From positions 372,001 to 436,000 of the forward strand of contig JAUPSS010000010.1 of NCBI GenBank assembly GCA_040285825.1: a DNA stretch of 64,000 bases. The letters run 5' to 3'. The notes beneath the pieces are model-generated. The model saw nothing but the letters and a program-made list of their open reading frames with translations. It searched no databases and had not been told where the DNA came from. Origin of the DNA: Eukaryota sp. TZLM1-RC. Its lineage: Eukaryota > Protista > Metamonada: BaSk clade. Position numbers and translations under genes: made by a program. Positions 11,368-22,357 of the stretch are shown one piece after another. The first letter of the stretch is position 1. Every line of letters begins with the position of its first letter.

Positions 11368-13173
11368 TTACAACCACAAAACATTTCCTAGCTCGCTTCC
11401 AAGAAGTTTTTCATACACTTGACCAAAATTTTTGTCTTTTTTATTATTCAAGATATGTAAAACATGTTTTAAAGAAATAAACTTCACCCCATAGCAAAAC
11501 CCGTGGTAATTAGGGTCAAACAAAAGCGTTTCAACATTAGTCAAAAGTGATTGGAATTCCTTATCATGATCATTTTTATGGACAATTAAATCAGATTTTG
11601 ATACAAATTCATTTCCTGATACCTTTTTGTTGTAAACAAGTTGTAATTCATTCCTACTTAATGGTTTTAATCCAAATAAATCAAGTGTATGGGGGTAGTT
11701 GAGTATTAAGTTTTGAGGTAAAAGACTGGAACTATCAACATTTAATTCAGTTTTCAAGGTATTTGCTAATTCTTTGCATCTTTTCCTTTGATTTGAATCA
11801 GCAAAATTCAAAAACTTTACAGATTCTGGGAATAGAAAGTGTTGCGAAAGCAAAATTGATTGATCATGACTGTCTGCAACATGTCCAATCAAATTAGCAT
11901 CAGTTTCCGATATTTTTGACTCTTTAATGACGTGATTAAGCAATTCTTGACCGTCATCAGGGTCATTGAAATAAACAAATAGCATCATTAATGATTGAGT
12001 TTCCGTTTTTTCACCATTAAGTTCACTATTGGTCAAGTCCAATAACATTTCCAATCCATTATGAGTTAATTCTAATTCTTTTAAATACATAAGACGACCA
12101 CTGAATTTTTCAGTCATTTTGATTAGTTGTGACGTGTCAATTTGAGCTTTTCTCAAGGAATCAACAAAACTAGGAAAGAAGGTCAAAACTCGGAAATTTT
12201 CAACACCACTGACAAACCAATAAGCAGCCAGCTCAATCATTTTTTGATTGATGCCCTTGTTTTGATACCATTCCCAACCAATGTGTGATTTTTTTCTATG
12301 TTTTTCAGTGAACATCTTATCAGGATATTTACAGTTAATTCCAATCTTGTCCTTCTTCAACACTTGAGCAACAGCTTGTCTGTGATGACCATTGTAACTT
12401 CGAAGAGCGTCAGGGTCCTTCGGCAAGGGATCTACTCTGACAGGACACTTTGAATTTAAGTCCAAACTCTTGGTTTTAATTGAATGATAGAGTTTATGAA
12501 ATTCACCAATAAAGTCCTCAGGAGATCTCTTATAGGAGCCCTCAGAAAACCCAGCGGTATATGACCTTACATGTTCAAGGTAAGAATCTCTGATGAAGCC
12601 AGGAATAATGAAGGAGGGATCGAGTTGAGATTGGTGGTAAAAGTAGATATAAAGGTACTTAAAAACAGAGTCAAAGTGGGTATCATGGATTAGAGAATTA
12701 GGATGAACGACACCCTTCCTACACACTTCCAATGACTCACTGTTGATGTTAGGACTAGGTTGCCGGGGAGGGGAAGGGGAAGGGGAAGGGGAAAGTCTAG
12801 GGGATGTTTGAGGTAATTTGGAGGAATGATGTGGTACCGGTTCAGGCGATGGAGATGGTTGATGAAGTAATTCAGGCTGTGAAGGCGACGGAGGTGAACC
12901 CGGGGAATTCACCAGTTCATCAAGGGGATGAGAAGCAGTTTCAACGGTTGTAACTAAAGGGAAAGTAAAAGCCGACACAACTAGTATGAAGACAGATGTA
13001 AATGCAAACAACACAATGACTGTGCCGACGCACAAGCGATTGGACGACGAGACCTTACGCAAACACATTGAAACAGTCTTGTTTATAGATTGAAAAGTCA
13101 TAATCTGAACTAAGGTTTTCACTTCTGTCACATACTTGGAACCCTGGAGTGAATCAGAAATTAATTTCACCAT
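11368..13173 (-). CDS. Type II membrane protein, P/S-rich stalk, luminal domain with ParB/Srx-like NGHHR motif
   Basis: 601-aa intact ORF with TM segment (LCVGTVIVLFAFTSVFILVVSAF), proline stalk and YNGHHRQAVA. The first codons MVKLISDS derive from the adjacent RLE element, so the real start may be MTFQSINK. Confidence 0.7.
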   Translation of the reverse strand: MVKLISDSLQGSKYVTEVKTLVQIMTFQSINKTVSMCLRKVSSSNRLCVGTVIVLFAFTSVFILVVSAFTFPLVTTVETASHPLDELVNSPGSPPSPSQPELLHQPSPSPEPVPHHSSKLPQTSPRLSPSPSPSPPRQPSPNINSESLEVCRKGVVHPNSLIHDTHFDSVFKYLYIYFYHQSQLDPSFIIPGFIRDSYLEHVRSYTAGFSEGSYKRSPEDFIGEFHKLYHSIKTKSLDLNSKCPVRVDPLPKDPDALRSYNGHHRQAVAQVLKKDKIGINCKYPDKMFTEKHRKKSHIGWEWYQNKGINQKMIELAAYWFVSGVENFRVLTFFPSFVDSLRKAQIDTSQLIKMTEKFSGRLMYLKELELTHNGLEMLLDLTNSELNGEKTETQSLMMLFVYFNDPDDGQELLNHVIKESKISETDANLIGHVADSHDQSILLSQHFLFPESVKFLNFADSNQRKRCKELANTLKTELNVDSSSLLPQNLILNYPHTLDLFGLKPLSRNELQLVYNKKVSGNEFVSKSDLIVHKNDHDKEFQSLLTNVETLLFDPNYHGFCYGVKFISLKHVLHILNNKKDKNFGQVYEKLLGSELGNVLWL

Positions 13174-13350
13174 TCCCCAAAAATAGATAATACAATGCTG
13201 TTTTGCCAGTAAACATGATTGAAAATTCTTCCAGTTTTTTCCTTTACAACTACAACAAAATCCTCAAGGAAAGCCATAGCAGCCTTACCTAGAGATCCAC
13301 GCAAAGAAAAACCAAAGAAACTCAAATTATGTTGGGCATGAGAAACCTCT
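13150..13350 (-). mobile_element. RLE element family R2 fragment abutting the 601-aa gene
   Basis: SHAQHNLSFFGFSL.GSLGKAAMAFLEDFVVVVKEKTGRIFN matches 38350-38540. Confidence 0.8.
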
Positions 13351-16300
13351 AACCATACCACTATGGATCATGCCGACGACGAGGTAGTTACAGTAAGTAG
13401 TGAGTCCCCAACTCTTACCACATCTGCTGATGCGTTTCCAGCCCCCATCACTCCCGTTAGTTGAACACCCCAATCACGATCTACGCCTTCCACGGTAGGT
13501 TCAACCTCTACTACTTCCTCTCATCAATCAATTTTCTCGGGCACCTCCGAAAGTAGCCTTCTCCTTACTTCTATGATTGGATCTAGAAATCGAGATGACA
13601 GACGAAGGGACCGACCTAAACGTCCATATATCAAAGCTGCTGATTTGAGAGACGCCGACAAACTTCTAAAGTTTGTTAACAAATTCATCTCTGGAGCCCT
13701 ACCGACCGGTTCCTGAGAAAAACCAGAGGTAATGTTGAGGATCCAGCCTCAACAGTCTGCTGCTGGATCTGGTCCTCCCCATCTCACTACTCGTCTGATG
13801 GCCACACTCTTGGCGAATTCTTCAGTTGAACCATGTAGATTTCACTTATCAGAACCAACTGACACATCAGCAGGACACTCGTCGACCTCCTGCGGTCTTA
13901 CCCTCCCCACCTGACATCCCCAGACAACGAGGTTCTCGCCCAGGTAAACGCCCTGAACACAGTATGAGGGGAGGCAGCTTACCACAATCGTTTTCACCGG
14001 CCGCTGATGTTCAATGTAATTTCTGCAAACAAATGCGCCATCCAACTAAAAGGTGCCCTAGTGAAGACTGCCAAAGAAGCAAGAAATGGAGAGAGCAGCA
14101 AGCTCAACAACAAGCTCGAGGCAGAAGTTCTAGAGGTTCTGGTTTCCGTAGTCGAAGAGGTACTCGCGGCAGAGGCAGAGGCTCTTCATCATACAATAAA
14201 CGTTGCCGTCGCTATTTATGTACTTTCGAAACCATACCCCCTACAACTACAACACAATCCCACACAGAAAATACAACATGGTAAGATTCCCTAATTAATC
14301 CACTCGCCAACTTGGAACCTTCCAAGACATCCAACACTCAGGCAAATTTCTTCTCAGAACAAGCCGAATATGATTATGATACAATTTTTATGGTACAATC
14401 CATGAAATTCACACCCAAATGCCTCCAATTAAACTTCTTGATCAACAATGTCGAAGTTAAAGGCATAGTTGACTCTGGTGCAACATGCTCAGTGGTCACG
14501 GAAGACGTCATCAGTAATTGTAACATGGCATGTACCAACAAAACCATGTCCTACAAAATTGTTGATGAAACCACCTCACAGTCCCTTGGTACTGTGTTTG
14601 GAACCCTTAGCATTAGACTAGACACAATCCATTCTTTGGACCTAGATTCGAAAATGAACTAGGAATATGGGTCACTCCCAGCATCGTTCCATACCTTCCA
14701 TTTGAAAGGAATGCACCTGAGGACTCTAGAACTGATCTCGAACCATCTTTTGAACACAGACCCGGTGTCAGGTATATGAGGACAACTAGAGGGGGCGTAT
14801 TCAGACGTTTTGCTGAAAATGAAGACAACCTCTTCATTAACGAAGCAAATCCTTGTCCCTACTCTAGGTGCAGCCCTGGGTAAAATGCCTCTTTGGACAT
14901 ATTAATTGATAGGAATCACAGGACAGGTTGGTGGTTTACTGAAACTACCTATGGTGAGAGACTCTTCCTTTATGATAGACGTTTCTGACCACATTGCTTC
15001 ATTTTCTGGCCCTGACAATAGAAGAACTGGTAATTTTCAAAGAGCTTTTCAGCAAGTGACAGTATTCCCTGGATGTGTAGAATCCAGAATGCTGAAATGG
15101 GTAATGGTTGAAGGTAGAATAGAGAAGACTCACTTGGTACAACCAGCAGTATCTTCACAACAGGTTTCTGCTCAATTCGAAAAGATTCAGGAGTCACCTC
15201 AACCCCAAAAGAGCGAAGTTTCAACTCCCTCTATACAACAAACCGAATCAGTACAACCTCCCATGGAAACTGATCAGCTTCCTCCCATGGATACCACAAA
15301 CCAATTTGCAATAAAACAAGCCGACGACGAAGTTATCACTGTGAGTAGTGAGTCTCCAACTCCCACCACATTTTCTGATGCGGTACCTGCTCCCATCACT
15401 CCTGTCAGTCGAGCTCCTCAACCCCAACCGACACCTTCTACGGTAGGTACCACCTCTATAACATTCTCACATTAATCACCTTTCTCAGGCACTTACGGAA
15501 GTAGCCTTCTCCTTTCTTCAATGATTGGATCAAGAAACCGAGATGACAAATGGAGGGACCGTCCTAAACGTCCATATTTCGAAGCTTCTGATTTGAGGGA
15601 TGCTGATAAACTTCTAAAGTTTGTCAACAAATTTATTCTCTGTAGTCGCACCGAGCGGGTCTTAAGAGAGACCAGAAGCAATGTTGAGGATCCTGCTCAG
15701 ATTGCTCTAGCTAATGAAGCTGCCAGACTTCGTGAAGAATTAGAACAAGCTAGAGAAGGTTCACAACCATCGATTAATGAGTATTTCGGCAATATTTCCG
15801 GTGAAGCAATTCATGAATGGGACTTGTTTTGTCAAGCCATGAGGATCAAACCCCGAGACCTCGCTGAATGTGTCCCCCTGAGGTGCTAAACGCGTTAAGA
15901 TAACAAGGTGCTCACCTGGCTATCTCTTCTCCCACGGCTCCAACTTAAAGAGACAAACGCATTATTTGGGTTCAAATACTAAGAGGTACCCAATTCAGCA
16001 GACTGGATGAGGCTAACCGAGCTCTCCTCTCAACAAACATGGACTGGACCAAATGAGATTACGGTAATAGATGTATTGACTTCATGGTCAACCTCAGCAG
16101 AGTTCGGACTCGCTCCACCGCCATTCTAGATATTAGGGGCATTTCCCAACAATTGAAAACATTCTCAATCAGCTCGACTCCCTCAGAGGATAGACCATCA
16201 GACTGGGTAGTAGCTACCCACGTCCTAGAAAGCGTTCGAATCATCCCTATTAGAGACAGACTCCTCAGGATTTGTTCTCCCCATCCCACTACTCATCCGA

Positions 16301-17298
16301 TATCCATACTCTTGGTGAATTTTTCAGTGTTCTTCAAATAGAATACGAGAATTTTTGCAACGCCAGATCTTACATGGAACGATTGAACCATGTAGACTTT
16401 AAGTATCAGAACAAACTCACTGATCAACAAGCCTCTCGCCGACCTCCAACGGTCGTACCCTCCCCACTTGACATCCACAGACAACGAGGTTCTGGCCCAG
16501 ATAAACGCTCCAAACAATTTAAAAGAGGAGGTAGCTCACCAAAACCGTCTTCCACTTCAGCTGATGTGCAATGTAATTTCTGCAAACAAATGCGCCATCC
16601 CCGGAAACCCCGTCGACCGACTCCCCGAATGGGAAATTGCTTCTCACGTCATTGAAAGCATCGGTATTACCATCATCAGGGACAGACTCCTCAGGATCTG
16701 GTCCAACCCCTCCCATTACTACTCAGATGGCCACACCCTAGGAGAATTTTTCAGTGTTCTCCAAATAGAGTACGAAAACTTTTGTAATGCTAGATCTTTT
16801 AAGGAGCAGATCAATCACGTGGACTTCTTGTATCAAAATAGAATCTCGTTTCAGACTGAGAACCGTCGCAGACAGACGGTACCTTCTCCCCCTGCTATCC
16901 CCAAAACAAGAGGTTCCAGCTCTGGCAGGCGCCCAAAACAACAACGACGAGAAGGAAGCTCTACTCAACCGTCTTCCACTCAGTCTGATGTCAACGTCCA
17001 ATGCAATTTCTGTAAACAAATGGGTCATCCGACTGAAAGGTGCCCTAGTGAAGACTGCCAAAGAAGCAAGAAATGGAGAGAGCAGCAAGCTCAACAACAA
17101 GCTCGAGGCAGAAGTTCTAGAGGTTCTGGTTTCCGTAGTCGAAGAGGTACTCGCGGCAGAGGCAGAGGCTCTTCATCATACAATAAACGTTGCCGTCGCT
17201 ATTTATGTACTTTCGAAACCATACCCCCTACAACTACAACACAATCCCACACAGAAAATACAACATGGTAAGATTCCCTAATTAATCCACTCGCCAAC
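13350..17298 (+). mobile_element. Stack of rearranged family-A gag (and one protease) fragments
   Basis: Three CNFCKQM.HP zinc-knuckle starts (about 14013, 16573, 17001), two RDRPKRPY..DADKLLKF gag segments and DSGA protease at 14312-14662, all disrupted. Confidence 0.85.
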
Positions 17299-20200
17299 TT
17301 GGAACCTTCCAAGACATCCAACATTCAGGCTAATTTCTTCTCAGAACAAGTCGAATATGATTTTGATACAATTGTTATGGTACAACCCATAAAATCTACA
17401 ATCAACTGCCTACAATTAAACTTTTTGATCAACAATGTCGAAGTTAAAGGCATAATTGACTCTGGTGCAACATGCTCAGTAGTCACAGAAGACATCATCA
17501 GCAGATGTAACATGGCACGTTCCAACAAAACCATATCCTAGAAAATTGCTGATGGAACCACCTCACAGTCCCTTGGTACTGCTTCTGGAACCCTTAGCAT
17601 TAGACTAGGAAGTGTTACCCAGATTGTACATGTGAAACACAAGTTCAGCATCATTCCTGGACATGAGACCATTTTCATTGGTGCCGACTTGTTGTGTCAT
17701 CTTGAGCTGTTGAACAATAAGGGCATTTACATTAGAACGGACCACGCCTGTCGCACATTACTACTCCCTGAAGCCGAATTCGATCATCGAATATCACAAG
17801 CTTCAGAAGTCGTCAACGTTCCCCCACGTTGGTTGGAACACATCAACTTATCCGGTTGTACCATCAACCTCGACAACGACCACTACAAGAAGTCCCTACT
17901 TCAAACTTTGAAAGAGTTCGAAGACCCATTCACCCTCAAGCCTAATACTGAAGGTATCGATTGTCCTCCTATGGAAATCAACTTCTACAATGAAGACGTC
18001 AGAGTTAGAAGACCCCCCTTGGAACCTGAATCCAGCCAGGCTAGAAGTCCCTAACCAAATTTTCGACGAACTTGTAGACTCAGGATTTGCTGTCCCATCT
18101 AACCATGAGTTCAGCTCCCCTGTTTGTCTAGTGGTCTACACAGATCACCGTAAGCCCCGCCTTACAGGTGATTACAGCGGCAAGGACGGAGTTAACGCCA
18201 ACACTGTTCCCGTTGAACCTAATCTCCCTAGAATATCAGATGTGCTAGTCTTCCTTTCGGAAGCCAATTTCATCGGTACCCTTGACCTTCCCAAAGCCTT
18301 TTGGCAACTAAAAATTGCAGAAAAGGACTGGGAGAAGACTGTCTTAAGCATCCCTGGCAAAAGTATCATGTTTAAACGTGCTGTTTTCGGCCTCAAGAAC
18401 GTTCCTGCAGTTTTCCAGAACGTCATGGCAGACATCTTCTCCGGAGACGGTGTATTCATCTATATAGATGACATCATTATAGTAGGTAGAACTTTCAACG
18501 AGTTCCTCGGACGTCTAAGACGTGTCCTCGAGAAAGCTCTAACCCGTAGAGTTAGCCTTGGACTGCCCAAGTGCCATTTTGTGTCCTCTAGACACCCAAT
18601 AAAGATCCTTGGTAGCAGATTCCAACACAAAACCAGGACCATAGATCCTACACGCACAGAGTCTTTACTGAACCTCCCCAGACCTAAGACTGTGAAAGAC
18701 GCCTGTAGCCTTATCGGCTCAGTCAACTTCATTAGGGAATGGCTTCCCCAGGTAACCAAGCATGTTGCCCCGATCATCAAATTAACTCATGGCAAACCGC
18801 GTCGCTTGCAGTGGAAAGACACTCACGACTACCATTTAGCCAAAATCAAACGTCTGATCGCGGAGCATATGCCTCTAAACTTACCTCCAGTGGATAACCA
18901 AGTACTAATTAGTTGCGATGCCTCTGATATAGCAGTTGGCGGCGTGATTTGGGAACAAATAGAACCCACTAAGGACCCTGGTACTTCCTTACTCAATAGG
19001 AAATGTAGACCAATCAGCTTCTTCAGCAGATTGTTGACTAACTCCGAGCAGAACTGGCCCACGGTACAGAAAGAGCTTTATGCTATCCTTCTCATGCTTA
19101 CCGAAAGTGGCTTCGAGAACTACATCAAAGGAAGGCGTCTGATCATTTTCACAGATCACCAAAACCTTACTTACATGCTTACCGCTCCGAACAAAAACAG
19201 AATAGTCAGAAGGTGGCTTCCCATCTTTTCTGAGTTCCTATTCGACATCGTTCATACAAAAGGGGAAGAGAACCATTGGGCAGACATGCTATCTAGGATA
19301 GTACCGCCCCAAGACAATCATACCATCAACCATCTGGTCCATTCCAACGACCAAGAGTTTCACCCTATCTACTACACAAATAGGATTGATGAAACTGAGT
19401 CAGAGAGATGCTTCGTTGAAGATCTCCATACATTGGAGAAGGTGCTTATCCTTCAAGATAAATGCTCCAATGACCTTTCACTCTTCGAGCCATGGCTCTG
19501 CAAGATCAGGTCCGAACAAAAGCGAGCCCTCGCTAATCAGGACACCTCGTTAAACAATTGTACTTTGGATAGCCGTCTAGATCTTTATCTAACTCCAGAG
19601 CACAAGATCGTGATTCCTCAATCACTGGTTAAGGATACGCTTAACCTTCTACATGGACTCCCGCAAGGTGGCCACCCCAGTAAGGCAGAAAGTCTCCTCA
19701 GACTCAAGAACAGCGACTACTGGTGGCCTAACATGCTTTCTGACATGACCAAGCACGTCCAAGAATGCCATTCCTGTCAGAAGACAGCAGCAGTCCCCAA
19801 ACTGCATGTCCCTACAACTGGTTCCTTGTGGGCTGACAGACCATTTGCAAGAGTTAACGTCGACGTCATAGGTCCTCTTCCAGAAGATCAAGACGGCCAC
19901 AGATACATTCTTTTATTTGTGGATAGCTTCACGAGGTTCACTATCATTGTCCCTCTCAAAGAACTCAACGCCAACCTTACTGCTGACGCTCTCATATGGA
20001 AGGTATGTGCGATATTCGGGATCCCGTTCATAGTTCATAGTGACAACGGTCCTGAGTTCTCAAAAGCTGTCTTCGACGCTCTATGTGAGTTTTTGGGCAT
20101 AGAGGTCTCAAAGTCCGTCCCTCACTTCTCTCAGTCCAATGGTTTAGTCGAACGCCGTCATCGTGACATTCTGCAGAATTTGAGGAAACTGCTCGTAGAC

Positions 20201-20986
20201 TTTAACGCCTACGATGCATGGTCAGAGTACATACCCTATGTACAATTGTTAATCAACTCATCCAAGAGTTCGATTACAGGTTACTCTCCATACGAGCTCA
20301 TGTTTGGTTCAGATTTTAGCCCCAGAGCTGACCCCGGCAAAATCATAGAGACCCTCGAAAGCTCAACGTCTGAGTCAACATATATCAACGACATTCAATC
20401 TAAATTTGCTAGATTGAAGAAGAAACAGGAGGAAGCAGAGCTCCGTCAAGCTTCCAAGGCTCCTCCTCGTGATTCCCAAATCGAAGCCAACCCTTTTTCT
20501 TCTGGCCAATTGGTCAAACGAGCTTCGTCTTCCACTGCTAAGTTACATGGTAATTACAAAGGACCATTCTTAGTTATTGACACACCCTCTACCTCCACAG
20601 CCGACATCAAGAATCTGTGTACTGGTATGGTTGTTAAAGCCAGTGTGAAGCACCTCCAACCTTGGCATTCCAGTTTACCAGCAGATGATGAATTTCACTC
20701 CTGGGTTGCTGCTGGCGATGCAGAAGAGCACGTGATCCAGAAAGTCCTCAGTCAGGATGGTGGTTACTGTCAAGTCCAATGGCCTGGCAACCATATTACC
20801 ACTGAGCTGGTTTCGACTGTTCAAAACACCTCTGCCTACAAAGTATTCTCCAAGTCTATTTCTAATACTCGCTCTCGTCCTTCACGCCGTAAACGTCGTT
20901 CTGATAATATTAATAATAATGTTAATCCTACTCCTATCAGGCCTCGACGCTCGAAAAGAAGAAAGGGCAGTGTTAGCCTTGGATAA
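17299..20986 (+). CDS. pol: Ty3/Gypsy pol: protease (disrupted), RT, RNase H, integrase, chromodomain-like domain
   Basis: IIDSGAT protease with TAG at 17539-17541. The 998-aa ORF 17990-20986 carries LDLPKAFWQ, YIDD, CDASD/ELYAI/TDH RNase H, H-x6-H..CHSC, DVIG/HSDNG/E, GPF and EHVIQKVL..CQVQW. Confidence 0.95.
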
Positions 20987-21125
20987 TAATTATAATAGTT
21001 TATTTATAGTTTATTTATAGTTATTGTATCATTGCGCCCACGCGCTTAAGTTAAGGGAAATCCTCTTTCCCTCGTAATACATTACTCAACATTCAGGTAT
21101 AATGTCTAACCCCCGCAGATCATCA
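20971..21125 (+). repeat. 3' LTR (155 bp), family A
   Basis: PPT GAAAAGAAGAAAGGGCAG, then TGTTAGCCTTG...AGATCATCA. Confidence 0.9.
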
Positions 21126-21447
21126 ACATTGGTAAATACCGCAAAGGATGAACTACATGATTGCACGCGAGTAGCTTCTTGGAACAGGTCTTTAAAGACT
21201 GTTTCTGAAAAAACTGACTCTGTGCATTAAGCTGGCATGAAGTTTCGTTCATCCCATACGTGTCGCAAATTGACTGACGGGACATGTTTTAAATGTTATC
21301 AGAAAGGCCATCTAGCTCGTCATTGCCCCTCAAACGTTAAGCACGAAGTAAATCATTTACACCACGTGCCTCAATATCTCACAAATCGCATATCTTCATG
21401 ATGCTAAATGGTTTACGAAACTGTTGAAAGGAAATGGGAAGAAGTAG

Positions 21448-21588
21448 TTTTGTTGTTACTGATACATTAACCTAGTAGACAGACATAAATTCACATGATG
21501 ACGTGGCACTTGTTCAAAAACAAGTATTTTTATAAATAACGCTCTCTTTTCTTCTTTTCATCTTTGGTATTTCTGCCTAACGGCATCA
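21448..21588 (+). repeat. Representative LTR of the array unit (~140 bp)
   Basis: Follows PPT GAAAGGAAATGGGAAGAAGTAG and ends TCTGCCTAACGGCATCA, like the dispersed homologous LTR at 58645-58783. The 5' boundary is uncertain by 3 nt. Confidence 0.75.
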
Positions 21589-21650
21589 GTAATTATTGGT
21601 CCTCACTGCAGAAGTTTTCTACACAATTACCACATTCGTCCCTTGCTTCT

Positions 21651-22357
21651 ATGGAAGTGGATGATGTTCTGTTGTTCCTACAACAGTGGAAGGTGTACTC
21701 TTCTGCTACTTCGAAGAAAAAGTTTGTTCCAGCAAGGCTCCTCGTTGACCCCTTCTTGTTAGAATCATTGGTTCTCACAAGAACTGGGGTCGATTCATCC
21801 AATGAAATTTTGCTGGATAATTTAAGATCCCCACTTCGTTTTCCTCGTAGGAGGGATTCAACTTGGTGATGTCTAAGTTGAAATTTGAGGTCCGTAAGGG
21901 CGACGTTCGTGAACGTATATCCTGCTACCTGGGAGGTTTTTTTCAGGCAAAAGCAGGGCTTCCGGACTCAAAATGCCTGACTCAACCTTAATGATCAGAT
22001 TCGCCACGAATATTTTTTTTATTAGGATTGCAGAAATTTCTGATTTCTCGAATTCGGGACGAGGTATTCCCCGATTTTCCTACATTGGTAAATACCGCAA
22101 AGGATCAACTACATGATTGCACGCGAGTTGCTTCTTGGAACAGGTCTCTAAAGACTGCTTCTGGAAATACTGACTCTGTGCATCAAGCTGGCATGAAGTT
22201 TCGTTCATCCCATACGTGTCGCAAATTGACTGACGGGACATGTTTTAAATGTTATCAGAAAGGCCATCTAGCTCGTCATTGCCCCTCAAACGTTAAGCAC
22301 GAAGTAAATCATTTACACCACGTGCCTCAATATCTCACAAATCGCATATCTTCATGA
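21651..22357 (+). pseudogene. gag: Representative gag of the array unit (about 235 codons, CCHC knuckle), interrupted by TAG and homopolymer indels
   Basis: MEVDDVLLFLQQWKVY...SPTSFSS*EGFNLVMSKLKF...RIRDEVFPDF...CFKCYQKGHLARHC, reconstructed across copies. Confidence 0.8.

Noticed and set aside
17539-17541. Stop-codon reassignment (TAG as sense)
   Set aside because: This TAG corresponds to TAC in paralogous copies, the long host ORFs contain no internal TAG, and TAA/TGA disruptions are also common in the decayed elements.
18172-19900. Antisense ORFs over pol and over the array units
   Set aside because: Shadow ORFs of coding or repeated sequence with no motifs.
21930-22030. Programmed frameshifting at T-runs in the array gag
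   Set aside because: Run lengths vary erratically between copies, as expected from slippage or long-read homopolymer error.
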